In this document: positions 15,390 to 27,534 of the stretch, piece after piece
How positions within the stretch are numbered: the stretch's first letter is position 1
Layout of the letters: each line of letters starts with the position of its first letter
Assembly: GCF_006345805.1 (NCBI RefSeq)
Contig: NC_042998.1
Coordinates: forward strand, 199,578,001-199,642,000
From: Octopus sinensis
Taxonomy: Eukaryota
Length of the DNA: 64,000 nucleotides
Reading direction: 5' to 3'
Translations under genes and position numbers: made by a program
Notes under the pieces: generated by a model
Seen by the model: the letters and a program-made list of their open reading frames with translations, nothing else
Database searches by the model: none
Told to the model about the DNA's origin: nothing

Positions 15390-16880
15390 ACCAGCTGTTC
15401 ATGCAGGGATAAAACTTTGTGCCCGCTAAATGGAGCTTGCATGCCCGAGACCATCATTTACGAAGCCACCGTGGACTCTATACCCGCTAAAGACACGGTT
15501 TCGACGAAGAAATACTTGGGCCTTACAGAGGGTAATTCCAAGGCCAGGTTCAATAATCACACCTTGAGCTTAAGGCACTGGGATAAAAGGAAAACGAGCT
15601 AATTATCCAGTCATATATGGTCATTAAAGGATAAAGGAGTCAGTTACAACATCCATTGGAATATTTTAGCCAAGGGTAAGAACTACACAGACGGCAGTGG
15701 AAAGTGCGGTCTATGTGATATGGAAAGATGGCTCATCTGGAAAAGAAGCTTAGAACCAACTACATACCTGAATTCAAGAACTGAACTTTTCGGCTCTTGC
15801 CCAATATGTGGCCAAGTATTTGTTACGTTTTTGGTCACCCCGAGACTACAGATAGAACTATCTTTCTATATTGTGTCCACGCACAAGCTTTTTATCTCTT
15901 AATACCTTTTACTTATATTTCTCATACATATTTTTTATTTTATTTATATTTTTTATACATATATTTCATTCATATTTATAGAGATATTGGTTTATATGTT
16001 TATTGCTTATATATTTTCTTTACACATAATTTTTCTGTATTCTAACTTCCACCCTGCATTTTTCCCTGTACGTATACAGACGTGTAGACGGAATCTTTTG
16101 TGCGCGCGTGTGAATGTGCGTGTGTGCAGGTATGTGTATATATAGATGTATGGGTGTATGCGAGTACGTGCGTATATAGATGTATTTTACTCAGTGTTTT
16201 TACACATTTTCCTGTATTTTTGCCCTTAGCCCTGCTTTTTCTTGTGTTAGACGTATGTATGATCCTTTTTGAGTGTGCGTGTATGTGTGCGTATATAGAC
16301 GTGTGCGGGTATGTGCGCATATAGGCGTCTGTGTGTGTGTGCTTAAGGGTATGTGCGTATATAGACGTGGTTTACTCTTTGTATACTCCCTTATGCCTTT
16401 TTTCTCTATCGTTATCCTTAACCCATTTTCTTCTCTGCTTGTGCGTATATAGAGGCGTGTATGAAACTTTATGGGGGGGCGTGTGTGTGTAAGGGGGTTG
16501 TATGTATATGCATATACATTTGGAGAAGGATGAGAGTGAGGATGTGTACGTTTTCCACTGAGTGTGGATGAATGTATACCTTTAGGCGCACTCACGTAGG
16601 TGTCTGAGAACACATGTGTAGATATGAACAGACGCGCTTACGCGAATACTATGAACCTTTTACCCCCGTACTTTTCTTCCTCCCCTCACTTAGCGGTCAT
16701 TCGAATAGCTCCTTTGTTTTAATAACGGTCAATCACACAGTAATTGCCCTTTGTATAACGGTCATTTTTCATAGCATTTCTCCAGATAACTGAAGAGGTG
16801 GCGGCGTGGTTTTCAACCTCGGCATCCGAAACTCGGAGTTTCAGCATGGCTACCGAATAATTGTCACAGATTACATTTAC
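15390..16880 (+). mobile_element. Penelope-like element 3' remnant (Naiad/Neptune-type GIY-YIG endonuclease, 3' UTR, HHR)
   Basis: One frame 15390-15800: CSCRDKTLCPLNGAC...IIYEATV...YLGLTE...ARFNNH...*LSSHIWSLK...WNILAK...CGLC...LNSRTE; in-frame TAA at 15600. Confidence 0.82.
16784..16846 (+). ncRNA. Degenerate hammerhead at PLE 3' end
   Basis: CUGAAGA(16790)-imperfect stem II-GAA-ACUCGGAGU-U; stem I poorly paired. Confidence 0.45.
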
Positions 16881-17393
16881 AGATATATATATATATACAT
16901 TATGTGACACTGAATACATGATGTGTTTCAGTCATTAGACTGTAGCCCATGCTGGGGCACCGCTTTGAAGAATTTTCTTAGTCGAATGAATGTATTCCAG
17001 TATTTATCTTTTTTTGAACCTCGTATTTATTGTATGTGTATATACGTTTATTGTTAGCTCGCGAAGAAGAATGCGCTGAAACACTGAGAACCGATAATTG
17101 CGATTTGCAAATATCACTTTTTAGCAAATATCCCTTTTTTATCACACGCATCATTGCCGGCGGATAGTGCCTAGTGGTTTTATTGATGTATATTACGATT
17201 GCATACGGCTTCTTATAACGCTTGTATTTGTAATATATATAAATATGAAAATAACTGTCAATTCTCGAGTCCACACAACCACTTCTCTTTCGTAAACTCA
17301 GATGTGTCTGCTTGTCTGTCTGTCTCTTTGCTTGTCTGTCAGCTTGTCTGACTGTCTGTCCATCTGTTTGACTTTCTGTGTTTCTACTTGCGC

Positions 17394-17905
<512 letters not shown>

Positions 17906-18532
17906 ATAATACATATATAAGTCATTGATGAAAGGAGAAAAGGTAGCGTAGGAGAAGATTCCACAAGGTCGAGATTCTCAAGATGGAATTTGACTATAAT
18001 AGTTAGTAAGGGTGAAATAGTGACACATCTTTGCAACACGTTGGGTTGTGAAGTAAAGAGGTTGTGTAGCTAGCCATGTGCGAACTCTAGAACTGGCAGG
18101 TATTTCCATACTTATATATACTACAATTACAAGTGTTATAAGAAGCCATATGCAATCATAATATACATAAATAAAACGCTATGTACTATCCGCCGGCAAT
18201 GATGCGTGTACTAAAAAAAAAAGCTATTGTATGTCCTTAATACCATCATAATCTTATATCAAATATATTCTTTAATTCAATATTTCATTAATATAGTTTT
18301 GGCACCTTTTTTTAGTCTTTTTAATCCTCATATCAAAATTCATCAAACAACTAATAGAGCTTACGGTTTAAAATGACTTGTAAAAGTGGAACTTTCGTTA
18401 ATACAGAAAATACAGGAAGGCGAACATTGACAAGAAAACCAACAACCACACATAATTAGCAACAATGATTCTCTTCCTTCCTTCCTTCCTATCTGTTTAT
18501 CTTCTTTTGTTGCATTTCCTATTCTTTATACG

Positions 18533-18917
18533 TGGAGGCGCAATGGCCCAGTGGTTTGGGCAGCGGACTCGCGGTCGTAGGATCGCGGTTTCGATTCCCA
18601 GACCGGGCGTTGTGAGTGTTTATTGAGCGAAAACACCTAAAAGCTCCACAAGGCTCCGGCAGGGAGTGGTGGTGAACCCTGCTGTACTCTTTCGCCACAA
18701 CTTTCTCTCACTCTTTCTTCCTGTTTCTGTTGTACCTGTATTTCAAAGGGCCGGCCTTGTCACTCTCTCTGTCACGCTGAATATCCCCGAGAACTACGTT
18801 AAGGGTACACGTGTCTGTGGGTTGCTCAGCCACTTACACGTTAATTTCACGAGCAGGCTGTTCCGTTGATTCGGATCAACCGGAACCCTCATCGTCGTAA
18901 CCGACGGAGTGCTTCCA
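18533..18917 (+). mobile_element. SINE family C, full length
   Basis: tRNA head (anticodon arm gactcgcggtc, B box ggtttcgattccc); tail ...gacggagtgcttcca. Confidence 0.9.
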
Positions 18918-19413
18918 TTCCCATTCTTTATTATTTTTATACTATTTCGAACCTTTCTCCTAAGCATTCTTTCCAATTCCATTAATCATCGACACTTCCT
19001 CTTTGAAACACTATCTTATATACAGGATTAATAAAACTAAGTTTCTACTACATTTGAGGAATTTCAAAGAAATATTTTTGTAAACCCACATCTGTCTGAT
19101 GTCTGTCTCTGATGTCTGATGTATGTCTGTCTGTCCATCTGTTTGGCTTTCTGTCTTCCTACATGCCTATCGATTGATCGATCGATCAATCCATCCACAC
19201 ACCTACCGAAACATCTATCTATCTATTTTTCTGTCTGTCTTCTTATCTGTCTGTCTGTCTGTCCATCGTCTTACCTGCATATCAATCAATCGATCGATCT
19301 ATCCATCCACCCATCTATCTATCTATCCATCCATCCATCATTCTATATCTCTCTCTCTCTCTCTGTCCGTCCGTCTGCTTGCCTGCCTGCCTGTCCGTCC
19401 GTCCGTCCGTCCG

Positions 19414-19414
<1 letters not shown>

Positions 19415-19486
<72 letters not shown>

Positions 19487-19514
19487 ATATCTATCTATTT
19501 ATCCACTATATCTA

Positions 19515-19545
<31 letters not shown>

Positions 19546-19603
19546 CATCCATCATTCTATATCTCTCTCTGTCTGTCCGTCCGTCTGCCTGCCTGCCCGT
19601 CCG

Positions 19604-19675
<72 letters not shown>

Positions 19676-19680
19676 CCTAC

Positions 19681-19764
<84 letters not shown>

Positions 19765-19765
19765 C
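19415..19765. repeat. (TATC)n microsatellite
   Basis: Direct. Confidence 0.95.
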
Positions 19766-19766
19766 T

Positions 19767-20898
19767 GAGGCCGAGGAAGGGCGAATGGCACCGCGAGTGT
19801 CGCGTTGCTCTCAAGCAAACTCTGCCGTCCTGGGTCGACCTTAAGTGACTTCAACACAACCAAAGCATTCTATAGGGGTTTAGTGGAGGGGAGGTACGAC
19901 GACGAGCTCGGGGCGAACCTGGACGTCGACGAGGAGTACCTGACCCGCCTGTTCGGGACGACTTTCGGGCCAGGCCCATGGACAACTTCCAGAGATCCCT
20001 GGCCTGGCAGCTGCTACCGAGAAGCGCTACCCGTTCGGGATAAGCTCTACAGACACGGCTCGAGAAACACGGGGCCGACCTGCCCGAGATGCGGTCAGAG
20101 CGACGAAACCGTTCTGCACGCACTCGTTCAGTGTCCAACAATTTCCGACCTGTGGGCTTATGTCGAACAACTGCTGTCACGTGTGGGACGAGTCGGTTTA
20201 TCAGCTGAGTCTATCGTCAATATTGTCACGCCTCCTTCCTTCAAACGGGAAGGAAGAGCTATTTTCATCATCCTTGTGGCTATGGCGAAAGAATGTATCT
20301 GGTGGACGCGTCTGAAAGGATTGGAGACAAACACTTTCCTCTCTGGTCAATCTCTCATCAACTTCTTCAAGTACCACTTGAAAAGGAAAGTGAGAGTAGA
20401 GAGGCAAGTTTTGTCTAGCGAATGTTTTAAAAAAAGATGGGTGAATGTAGCAAGAATGGCACGTATGAATGACGAAGCCACCTTGAGCATAGTCCTATGA
20501 ACCCAGAAATCGAAAACAGAGAGTTGCTTATTTGCAAAAAAAAAAAAAAAAAAAAAAGAATATAAAATGTGACTTCATTGACCGAGGTTACCGTGGTCTT
20601 TTCCGCAGGCTTTTCTTTCCACGGGTAAACCTCACCTGTCCTCCCCTTTACCACTTCATATTGACATTTCTGTGATAACGATCCCTATTGATCATATTTT
20701 TTCCTCTCCCCCACCCTTTTTTTTTTTTTTAACCCCCCTTATTTTTGTCCTCTTTCTCTCCTTTTACGATCCCTTTTGATCGAACTCCCCCTTCCTTTTT
20801 TTCTTTTTTTTTTTTTTTTTTTTTTAATACCTTCAAAAGAAAGCTCTACCTTGTAATTTGTTCTATCTGTGTGCAGCCCGTGTGGCTAATAAAGAAAA
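19767..20898 (+). mobile_element. 5'-truncated Tx1/L1-clade LINE (ORF2 C-terminus with zf-RVT, plus 3' UTR)
   Basis: ORF 19805-20500 with ALPVRDKL...CPRCGQSDETVLHALVQCP...W; T-rich 3' UTR ending aataaagaaaa; (TATC)n on both sides. Confidence 0.88.
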
Positions 20899-20900
20899 CA

Positions 20901-20932
<32 letters not shown>

Positions 20933-21177
20933 CATATCTTTCTGGTGAAGGTGTTTTTCTATCCTACAAAACTAACTTCAACACACCATCGACCTTCCAG
21001 ACATATGTGACATAGATATAACCTTAATTGAAAATTTGCTCTCCAGATCTTCAAACTAAACATAGAGAATAAATAACGAAATGTGAAAATGAGGAATGGA
21101 AAAGGATGTCACTGCTGCACAATTGCATTGTTACTTGATCACACTTAGAATAGAAACAAAATGTTAATTGCTTGTAA

Positions 21178-21680
21178 TCTATATCTATAAAACTCTAGTT
21201 GTGTGAGTGTCTGTCCCCTTCGATTTAGATTCCTAACTCCTCCCACATTTTGCGGTGCAGTTTAACCAAATTCGGGTATCTTATAGTCGTGATTCATATC
21301 GAGCCCGTCTGACTATTAGCGCGCGTCAACGATGAGTCTACAATTTTAAAAATAATTTAACATCATTTTTTATTCCATTTCAATGCATAAATGCATCGTA
21401 TGTCGATGGCGGCGGAGTTGGCGTCCACGCTCACAGCTGCACCTGTTTGCTTCTCCTTCCCTCCCTCGTGAAGCTGTGGGGAAGGGAGTGTAAAGAAATC
21501 AACGTCGTAATGCGTTGTGAAGGAAACCAGCGTTCTTTTAGAACAACGACTTCATGGCTTGAAGACACCAAAACAAAAATGGCTAAGAAAGCCCGAATTT
21601 ATAGGGAGAAGTAACTCTCTAAAAATGCTTATATAGTTATTTCCCTTACAAACCCGAGCAACGCCGGGCGATACTTCTAG
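21178..21680 (+). mobile_element. Non-autonomous Helitron
   Basis: A|TC 5' end, subterminal hairpin cccgagcaacgccggg, CTAG|T 3' end, no TSD. Confidence 0.85.
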
Positions 21681-21827
21681 TATTTTTTAAAAAATACTTG
21701 AGTGAATCGTTTATTTGTTCAAGAATTAAAAATGTGCTGTTTACATACGCATGTACTTAACATAATACTAATATTTTTAGCTTTAGGTGCTGAGAAATAG
21801 ATGGATAAACAGAAGGCGATAGAGACA

Positions 21828-21985
21828 GAGTGGATGTGTGGTAAGTAGCTTGCTAACCAACCACATGGCTCCGGGTTCAGTCCCACTGCGTGGCATCTTG
21901 GGCAAGTGCCTTCTGCTATAGCCCCGGGCCGACCAATGCCTTGTGAGTGGATTTGGTAGACGGAAACTGAAAGAAGCCTGTCGTA

Positions 21986-22043
<58 letters not shown>

Positions 22044-22272
22044 GCGTGTGTTTGTGTGTCTGTGTTTGTCCCCCTAGCATTGCTTGACAAACGATGCTGG
22101 TGTGTTTACGTCCCCGTCACTTAGCGGTTCAGCAAAAGAGACCGATTAGAATAAGTACTGGGCTTACAAAGAATAAGTCCCGGGGTCGATTTGCTCGACT
22201 AAAAGGCGGTGCTCCAGCATGGCCGCAGTCAAATGACTGAAACAAGTAAAAGAGTAAAAAAGAGTAAAGAGA
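21828..22272 (+). mobile_element. SINE family B
   Basis: Matches family; tail repeats gtaaaaga. Confidence 0.88.
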
Positions 22273-22713
22273 GTGAATAGAAGGCTTCTGATGAGAAACA
22301 TGATTAGAATATAGTTATGGTTGAAATAGCTATAACATATTTGCGAACAGGAGTTTTGGCACCAATATATAGCCCAAACGGTTTTACAATGATTGCTTAG
22401 CGTACATGCTCTTAAAAATGTCATCTCGAGTGCCGTCTCCCATACCTGCAGCAGTAATGAAATTAGTATAACGTATAGAATAATATCTTTTTCCCACCGA
22501 AACAATCAGTTTTAATTACAATATGTAAATGCTATTGCATGAAATCAAGTAGCAATAACATGAAACATTCTGTTGCTTTCTTTCGTAATGGAAAATCTCT
22601 GAGGTTACAGAATAACAAGCTTACCGCATGCACATATTCTAATAATAATTCTAGAAGGAATTAATCTCATTGTCTCGGAAAAGAATAAGTAAATACAATT
22701 ATTTGGGTACAAA

Positions 22714-23111
22714 TCTTTATATATAAAAGAGAAGTTGTGTGTCTGTCTCCTACGATTTAGATTCCTAACTCCTCCCACATTTTGCGGTGCAGTTTAACCA
22801 AAACCGGGTATTTTATAGTCGTGATTCATATCGAGCCCTTCTGGGTATTAGCACGCGTCTACGATGAGTCTACGATTTTAAAAATAATTTACCATCATTT
22901 TTTTTCCATTTTAATGCATTTCTTTGCTATTATATAAGGGAAGTAACTCTCTAAAAATGTCTACGATGAGTCAACGATTTAAAAATAAAATTACCATAAT
23001 TTTCTTCCCATTTTTAATGTATTTTTTTGCTATTTTTTGGCTATAACTCTCTAAAAATGCTTTATAGTTATTTCCCTTACAAACCCGAGCAACGCCGAGC
23101 GATACTGCTAG
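22714..23111 (+). mobile_element. Non-autonomous Helitron, same family as 21178
   Basis: A|TC...hairpin...CTAG|T; shares 5' ~200 bp and 3' ~70 bp with the 21178 copy. Confidence 0.85.
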
Positions 23112-23261
23112 TACTATATAAAAAAATATTAATAATGACTAGTTCTTGTGACGAGTAGAATTAAAAGATCGTTGCATGCGAGACAAAATTCTCAAACGCC
23201 AACATGAGGAAATCTTCAGGTACTCAATATAAAGTTGCATAAGTGAAATATCAGTTAAGAT

Positions 23262-23800
23262 AAGCTTTCACTTCGACTTCCAAACGGCTCCGGAACCTGG
23301 CTCGTGTGTTCCTCGCTCTATCTCTCGGAATATCTTCGTTCGCTACCTTGTTCTTGGCCACTAGCTCGTACTTGCTGTTTCAGGCAAAGAGGTCGGTGTC
23401 AACCGCGCCCCACATATAGTAATCCTTGAGATTATAATCGCAAGAACTAGGAGACCGGAAATTGGGACTGGTGAAGTCTCCGACGACCACATCTTCTTAC
23501 CAGAGCCATGAGCAATGAGCCTAATCCTGTGGTTACACATACAGACTTCCCGCAGTAACCCTCTCCACTCAGGGAGTGAATACATTTCCCAGCAGCTTCA
23601 TGTAATTATCCGAATTGAGCCTAATCCGTGGTCAAAGATGTGAGGATGGATATTGGCACGGACGCAGTCAGAACGTATGCTTCGTCCCTTCCTACAGGCC
23701 ACAGCTTTGTAGTCTCAGTTGCAACTGAATATGTGACGTCTTACAACCATCGCAATGTTCTCAGAGCATTGAGCACCACTCATGATGTTGGCATTTTGAT
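23262..23800 (-). mobile_element. Decayed Tc1/mariner-superfamily transposase remnant
   Basis: Minus-strand SPSSCDYNLKDYYMWGAVD (cf. PPSSPDLNPLDYYVWG) and ARFRSRLEVEVKA C-terminus; frameshifted. Confidence 0.72.
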
Positions 23801-25324
23801 ATCTGGGGCGAATCATCAAAGAAATATACTTCAAATTTACCCCGAGCACGCTGTGTAAAAGGCAAATGGTGTATTTCCATGAAAGTAATGTAAAACAGGC
23901 TTTCGATAGGGATTGAATGAAAAGTATACTATGCAGTACTATAAAAATTATCCTATGCAATTCAACAAGAATAAGGAAAATGGTAAAGAACTATATTAGT
24001 ATATTGTTTCTTATCAAAATGCTTCGTGAATAGTTTGAGATTCATGCAACAGAGGAGTGGGTAATAGTAAATAATATCAAATTTATCTTCAATGATTTCA
24101 AAAGATAGTAAAGGCTTCCCTTTCATGTGAAATAAATTTATAAAACAACATATGTATTTGATTCAGCCGGTGAAATTTATTGCTAGAAACGTCAGGGAAT
24201 TTTATGAGATGTCTAAAATTGAGAAAAAGGACATTATAAATAGTTGAAAATCATGCAATAGGGGAGTGGATAATAGTAAATAATATCAAATTTATCTTCA
24301 ATGATTTCAAAAGATAGTAAAGGCTTCCCTGATTCAACCGTCTATAAATTATTGCCGGTGCACTTTACATTTAAAACACAGCTGCTAAACGAACAATCTT
24401 GCTTGCAAGAGATGATGATTGGCAGAAGCATTATTAATGCAATTTTCTTTGTAGCTAAGACATCTATATGCTATGATTTGTGTGTTGAATGGACACACCT
24501 GCCAAGACTGCAGAAATCTACGGTATGTCTGAGGATCAAATGATGGAAGATAACATCACAGATTATCTGAGAAATGTAGTTATTCACAAAACACACAGAA
24601 ATGGAATCAATTTTGTTAGTCCATGAATAAATTGTAACCTTCGCCTTCATTTTCAAATATCTTATACTATAATGGCATTGGCTGTCTTCAAATTACTGAC
24701 AGCTGTTTTGAAAGTGAAGATGAAACACAGCACCAATTATTTCAACAGCTGGAGACCTAGCAGCGCAGCAAACCATTTTATTGTTTAAATAATCCAGGGC
24801 GTTATGCAGAAATGTATTTCTACCTTACATTAATGTAATGTCTTGAAAATGAGGAAACAGTTACTTCGTACACTATGACAGTTAAGGCAATTGGTTTATC
24901 TGATGAAGGAAGAGCGTAAAGCGGCTTTCCAGTGTTCATATCTGAGCTTAAACATTTGTCGCCAGGCAAGAAAATTGCCTTTGAGGTGTTTCACAAGCTG
25001 GAGTCTGTGGATCTATTCATTAAACGTGCAATTTGTTAACATTTGATGTGTCAATAGCATCATGAGTTGTAATAGACTATTCAATATTATTCTTTTGCAA
25101 GGTAGAGATTTCCCTGACATTTCTCTCATGATACAAAGTAGTGGTAACACTGTTATTAATAAACTTTATATGAAATCAAACTAGTCTGCACTTTTGTAAG
25201 CGTTTTTAGAGCTATTAGAAAATCGATGGCAAGAATTTTGATAGATGGATGGCTGTATGACAAAAGACTTGTGCGCTGGAAAATATATGGGACTGCAAAA
25301 TATAAGAGATTTCTTCTTTCTTTT

Positions 25325-25523
25325 TTTTTTCTTTTACTTGTTTCAGTCATTTGACTGCGGCCATGCTGGAGCACCGCCTTTAGTCGAGCAAATCGACCCC
25401 GGGACTTATTCTTTGTAAGCCCAGTAATTATACTATCGGTCTCTTTTTGCCGAACCGCTAAGTGACGGGGATGTAAACACACCAGCACACAAACACACAC
25501 ACATACATATATATATCTATATA

Positions 25524-25561
<38 letters not shown>

Positions 25562-25727
25562 TACGACAGGCTTCTTTCAGTTTCCGTCTACCAAATCCAC
25601 TCACAAGGCTTTGGTCGGCCCGGGGCTATAGCGGAAGACACTTACCCAAGATGCCACGCAGTGGGACTGAACCCGGAAGCATGTGGTTGGTTAGCAAGCT
25701 ACTTACCACACAGCCACTCCTGCGCCT
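25325..25727 (-). mobile_element. SINE family B
   Basis: Full head cctgcgcc on minus strand. Confidence 0.88.
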
Positions 25728-27357
25728 AGATACGATACGTTCTTAAATCATATTAGTAGAAGGATTGTTATCAGTGACAGAGATTCAATATACGTTACAA
25801 ATTAAGAAAGAGTAAAAATACGCATTGAGAAGTATGAACAATTCGCATAATTGTGGGCTGAAATTGAACAATGATATTATTTTCTAGGAATATCACAGCA
25901 TATAGAAATATCAATAGCATCTATAATACAGACGATGAAATATCTATAGATTATCCTAAAATTCATATTCATTGATACAACCTGGAATACTATGACATGT
26001 CTTGGAACTATAGATCGGTATGATCATTGACTTACACAATCTCGACCCAGAAAACCACTATTTCATGGAACATGAGTTTTGATGAAATCTTTCCGCCATC
26101 TTTATCGTATGAACAGATATTCACTGATCGTAAGACATTGGAGGAGGTATATATTCAAGGATGAAATTTACCACCCAGAATCAACAATCTTCTGTTTATT
26201 TAAGATATAGATCCCTTTCCTGTTACTCAGGCATTAGCTCTGTCATATTTCTCTTAGGTACACCTGAGTTATCTTAGAGCCAATGGGATGTGGCATCCAG
26301 GGGAAATAAAAAACTTGAAATTTATGTAGAACATAATTACAAAATACCTGAAATATTTGCGATTTGCAAATATCACTTTTTGGCAAATATCCCTTTTTTA
26401 TCACACGCATCATTGCCGGCGGATAGTGCCTCGTGGTTTTATTGATGTATATTACGATTGCATATGGATTCTTATAACGCTTGTATTTGTAGTATATATA
26501 AATATGAAAATAACTGTCAATTCTCGAGTCCACACAACCACTTCTCTTTCGTAAACTCAGATGTGTCTGCTTGTCTGTCTGTCTCTTTGCTTGTCTGTCA
26601 GCTTGTCTGACTGTCTGTCCATCTGTTTGACTTTCTGTGTTCCTACTTGCGCATCTATCTATCTATCTGTCTATCTATCTATCTATCTATCTACCTACCT
26701 ACCAACCTACCTACCTAACTATCTGTCTGTCTATCAGCTATCTATCCATCCATTCATCCATTCATCCATCCATCCATCCACTCACACTATATCTATGAAT
26801 CTGCTTAAATCAAAGCTTCTGCATACATAGCATTTGATACAGGATTATTTCTCTGAAATTTACAAAAAGTTTAGCTTCTGTAATACTATTATTACATATA
26901 TATAGAAACGAAAGAATATTTTAACTAGATTGTTCAAAATGAAGTCGATTAAAACTTGTAAATACCTGTAAAGAAAACTAAACGCTGTGTTCTATATTTT
27001 AAATTTATTTTATTATCTTTTCCAACACATTTAACTAAGATAAACATATTTGACATCATTAATAATGGCGCAGGAACACTGGTATATAAATAATTCAATG
27101 TGCTTAATTACTGAGAGACGACGTCAACTTCACAGAGAACAATAGCTTAGTACCAACGTAATTAATGCAGTATATTCCAAAGACATAATTAGATATAATT
27201 ATACAATGATTCTTTTTTTCTCACCGAATAAACATATCTAATTAAATTTTTTTGTTGTCTATCGCATTAATAATTGTAACGTTAACTATATAAATGTGTG
27301 TGTGTGGGTGTGTGTGTGCGTTTGCATATACATGAGTGTGTGTACGCATGTAGTTAC

Positions 27358-27389
<32 letters not shown>

Positions 27390-27459
27390 CTAAACACATG
27401 CCACTCAGATCTATAATATAAATATATAGATATAAGATATGTCTGTGCGTGTCTGTGAG

Positions 27460-27490
<31 letters not shown>

Positions 27491-27534
27491 ATATATATAT
27501 AATATATATACATATTATTATATATATATATATA

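Noticed and set aside
18533-18605. tRNA-Arg-like sequence as a real tRNA gene
   Set aside because: The acceptor stem is not intact, and it is always fused to the SINE body, usually with TSDs.
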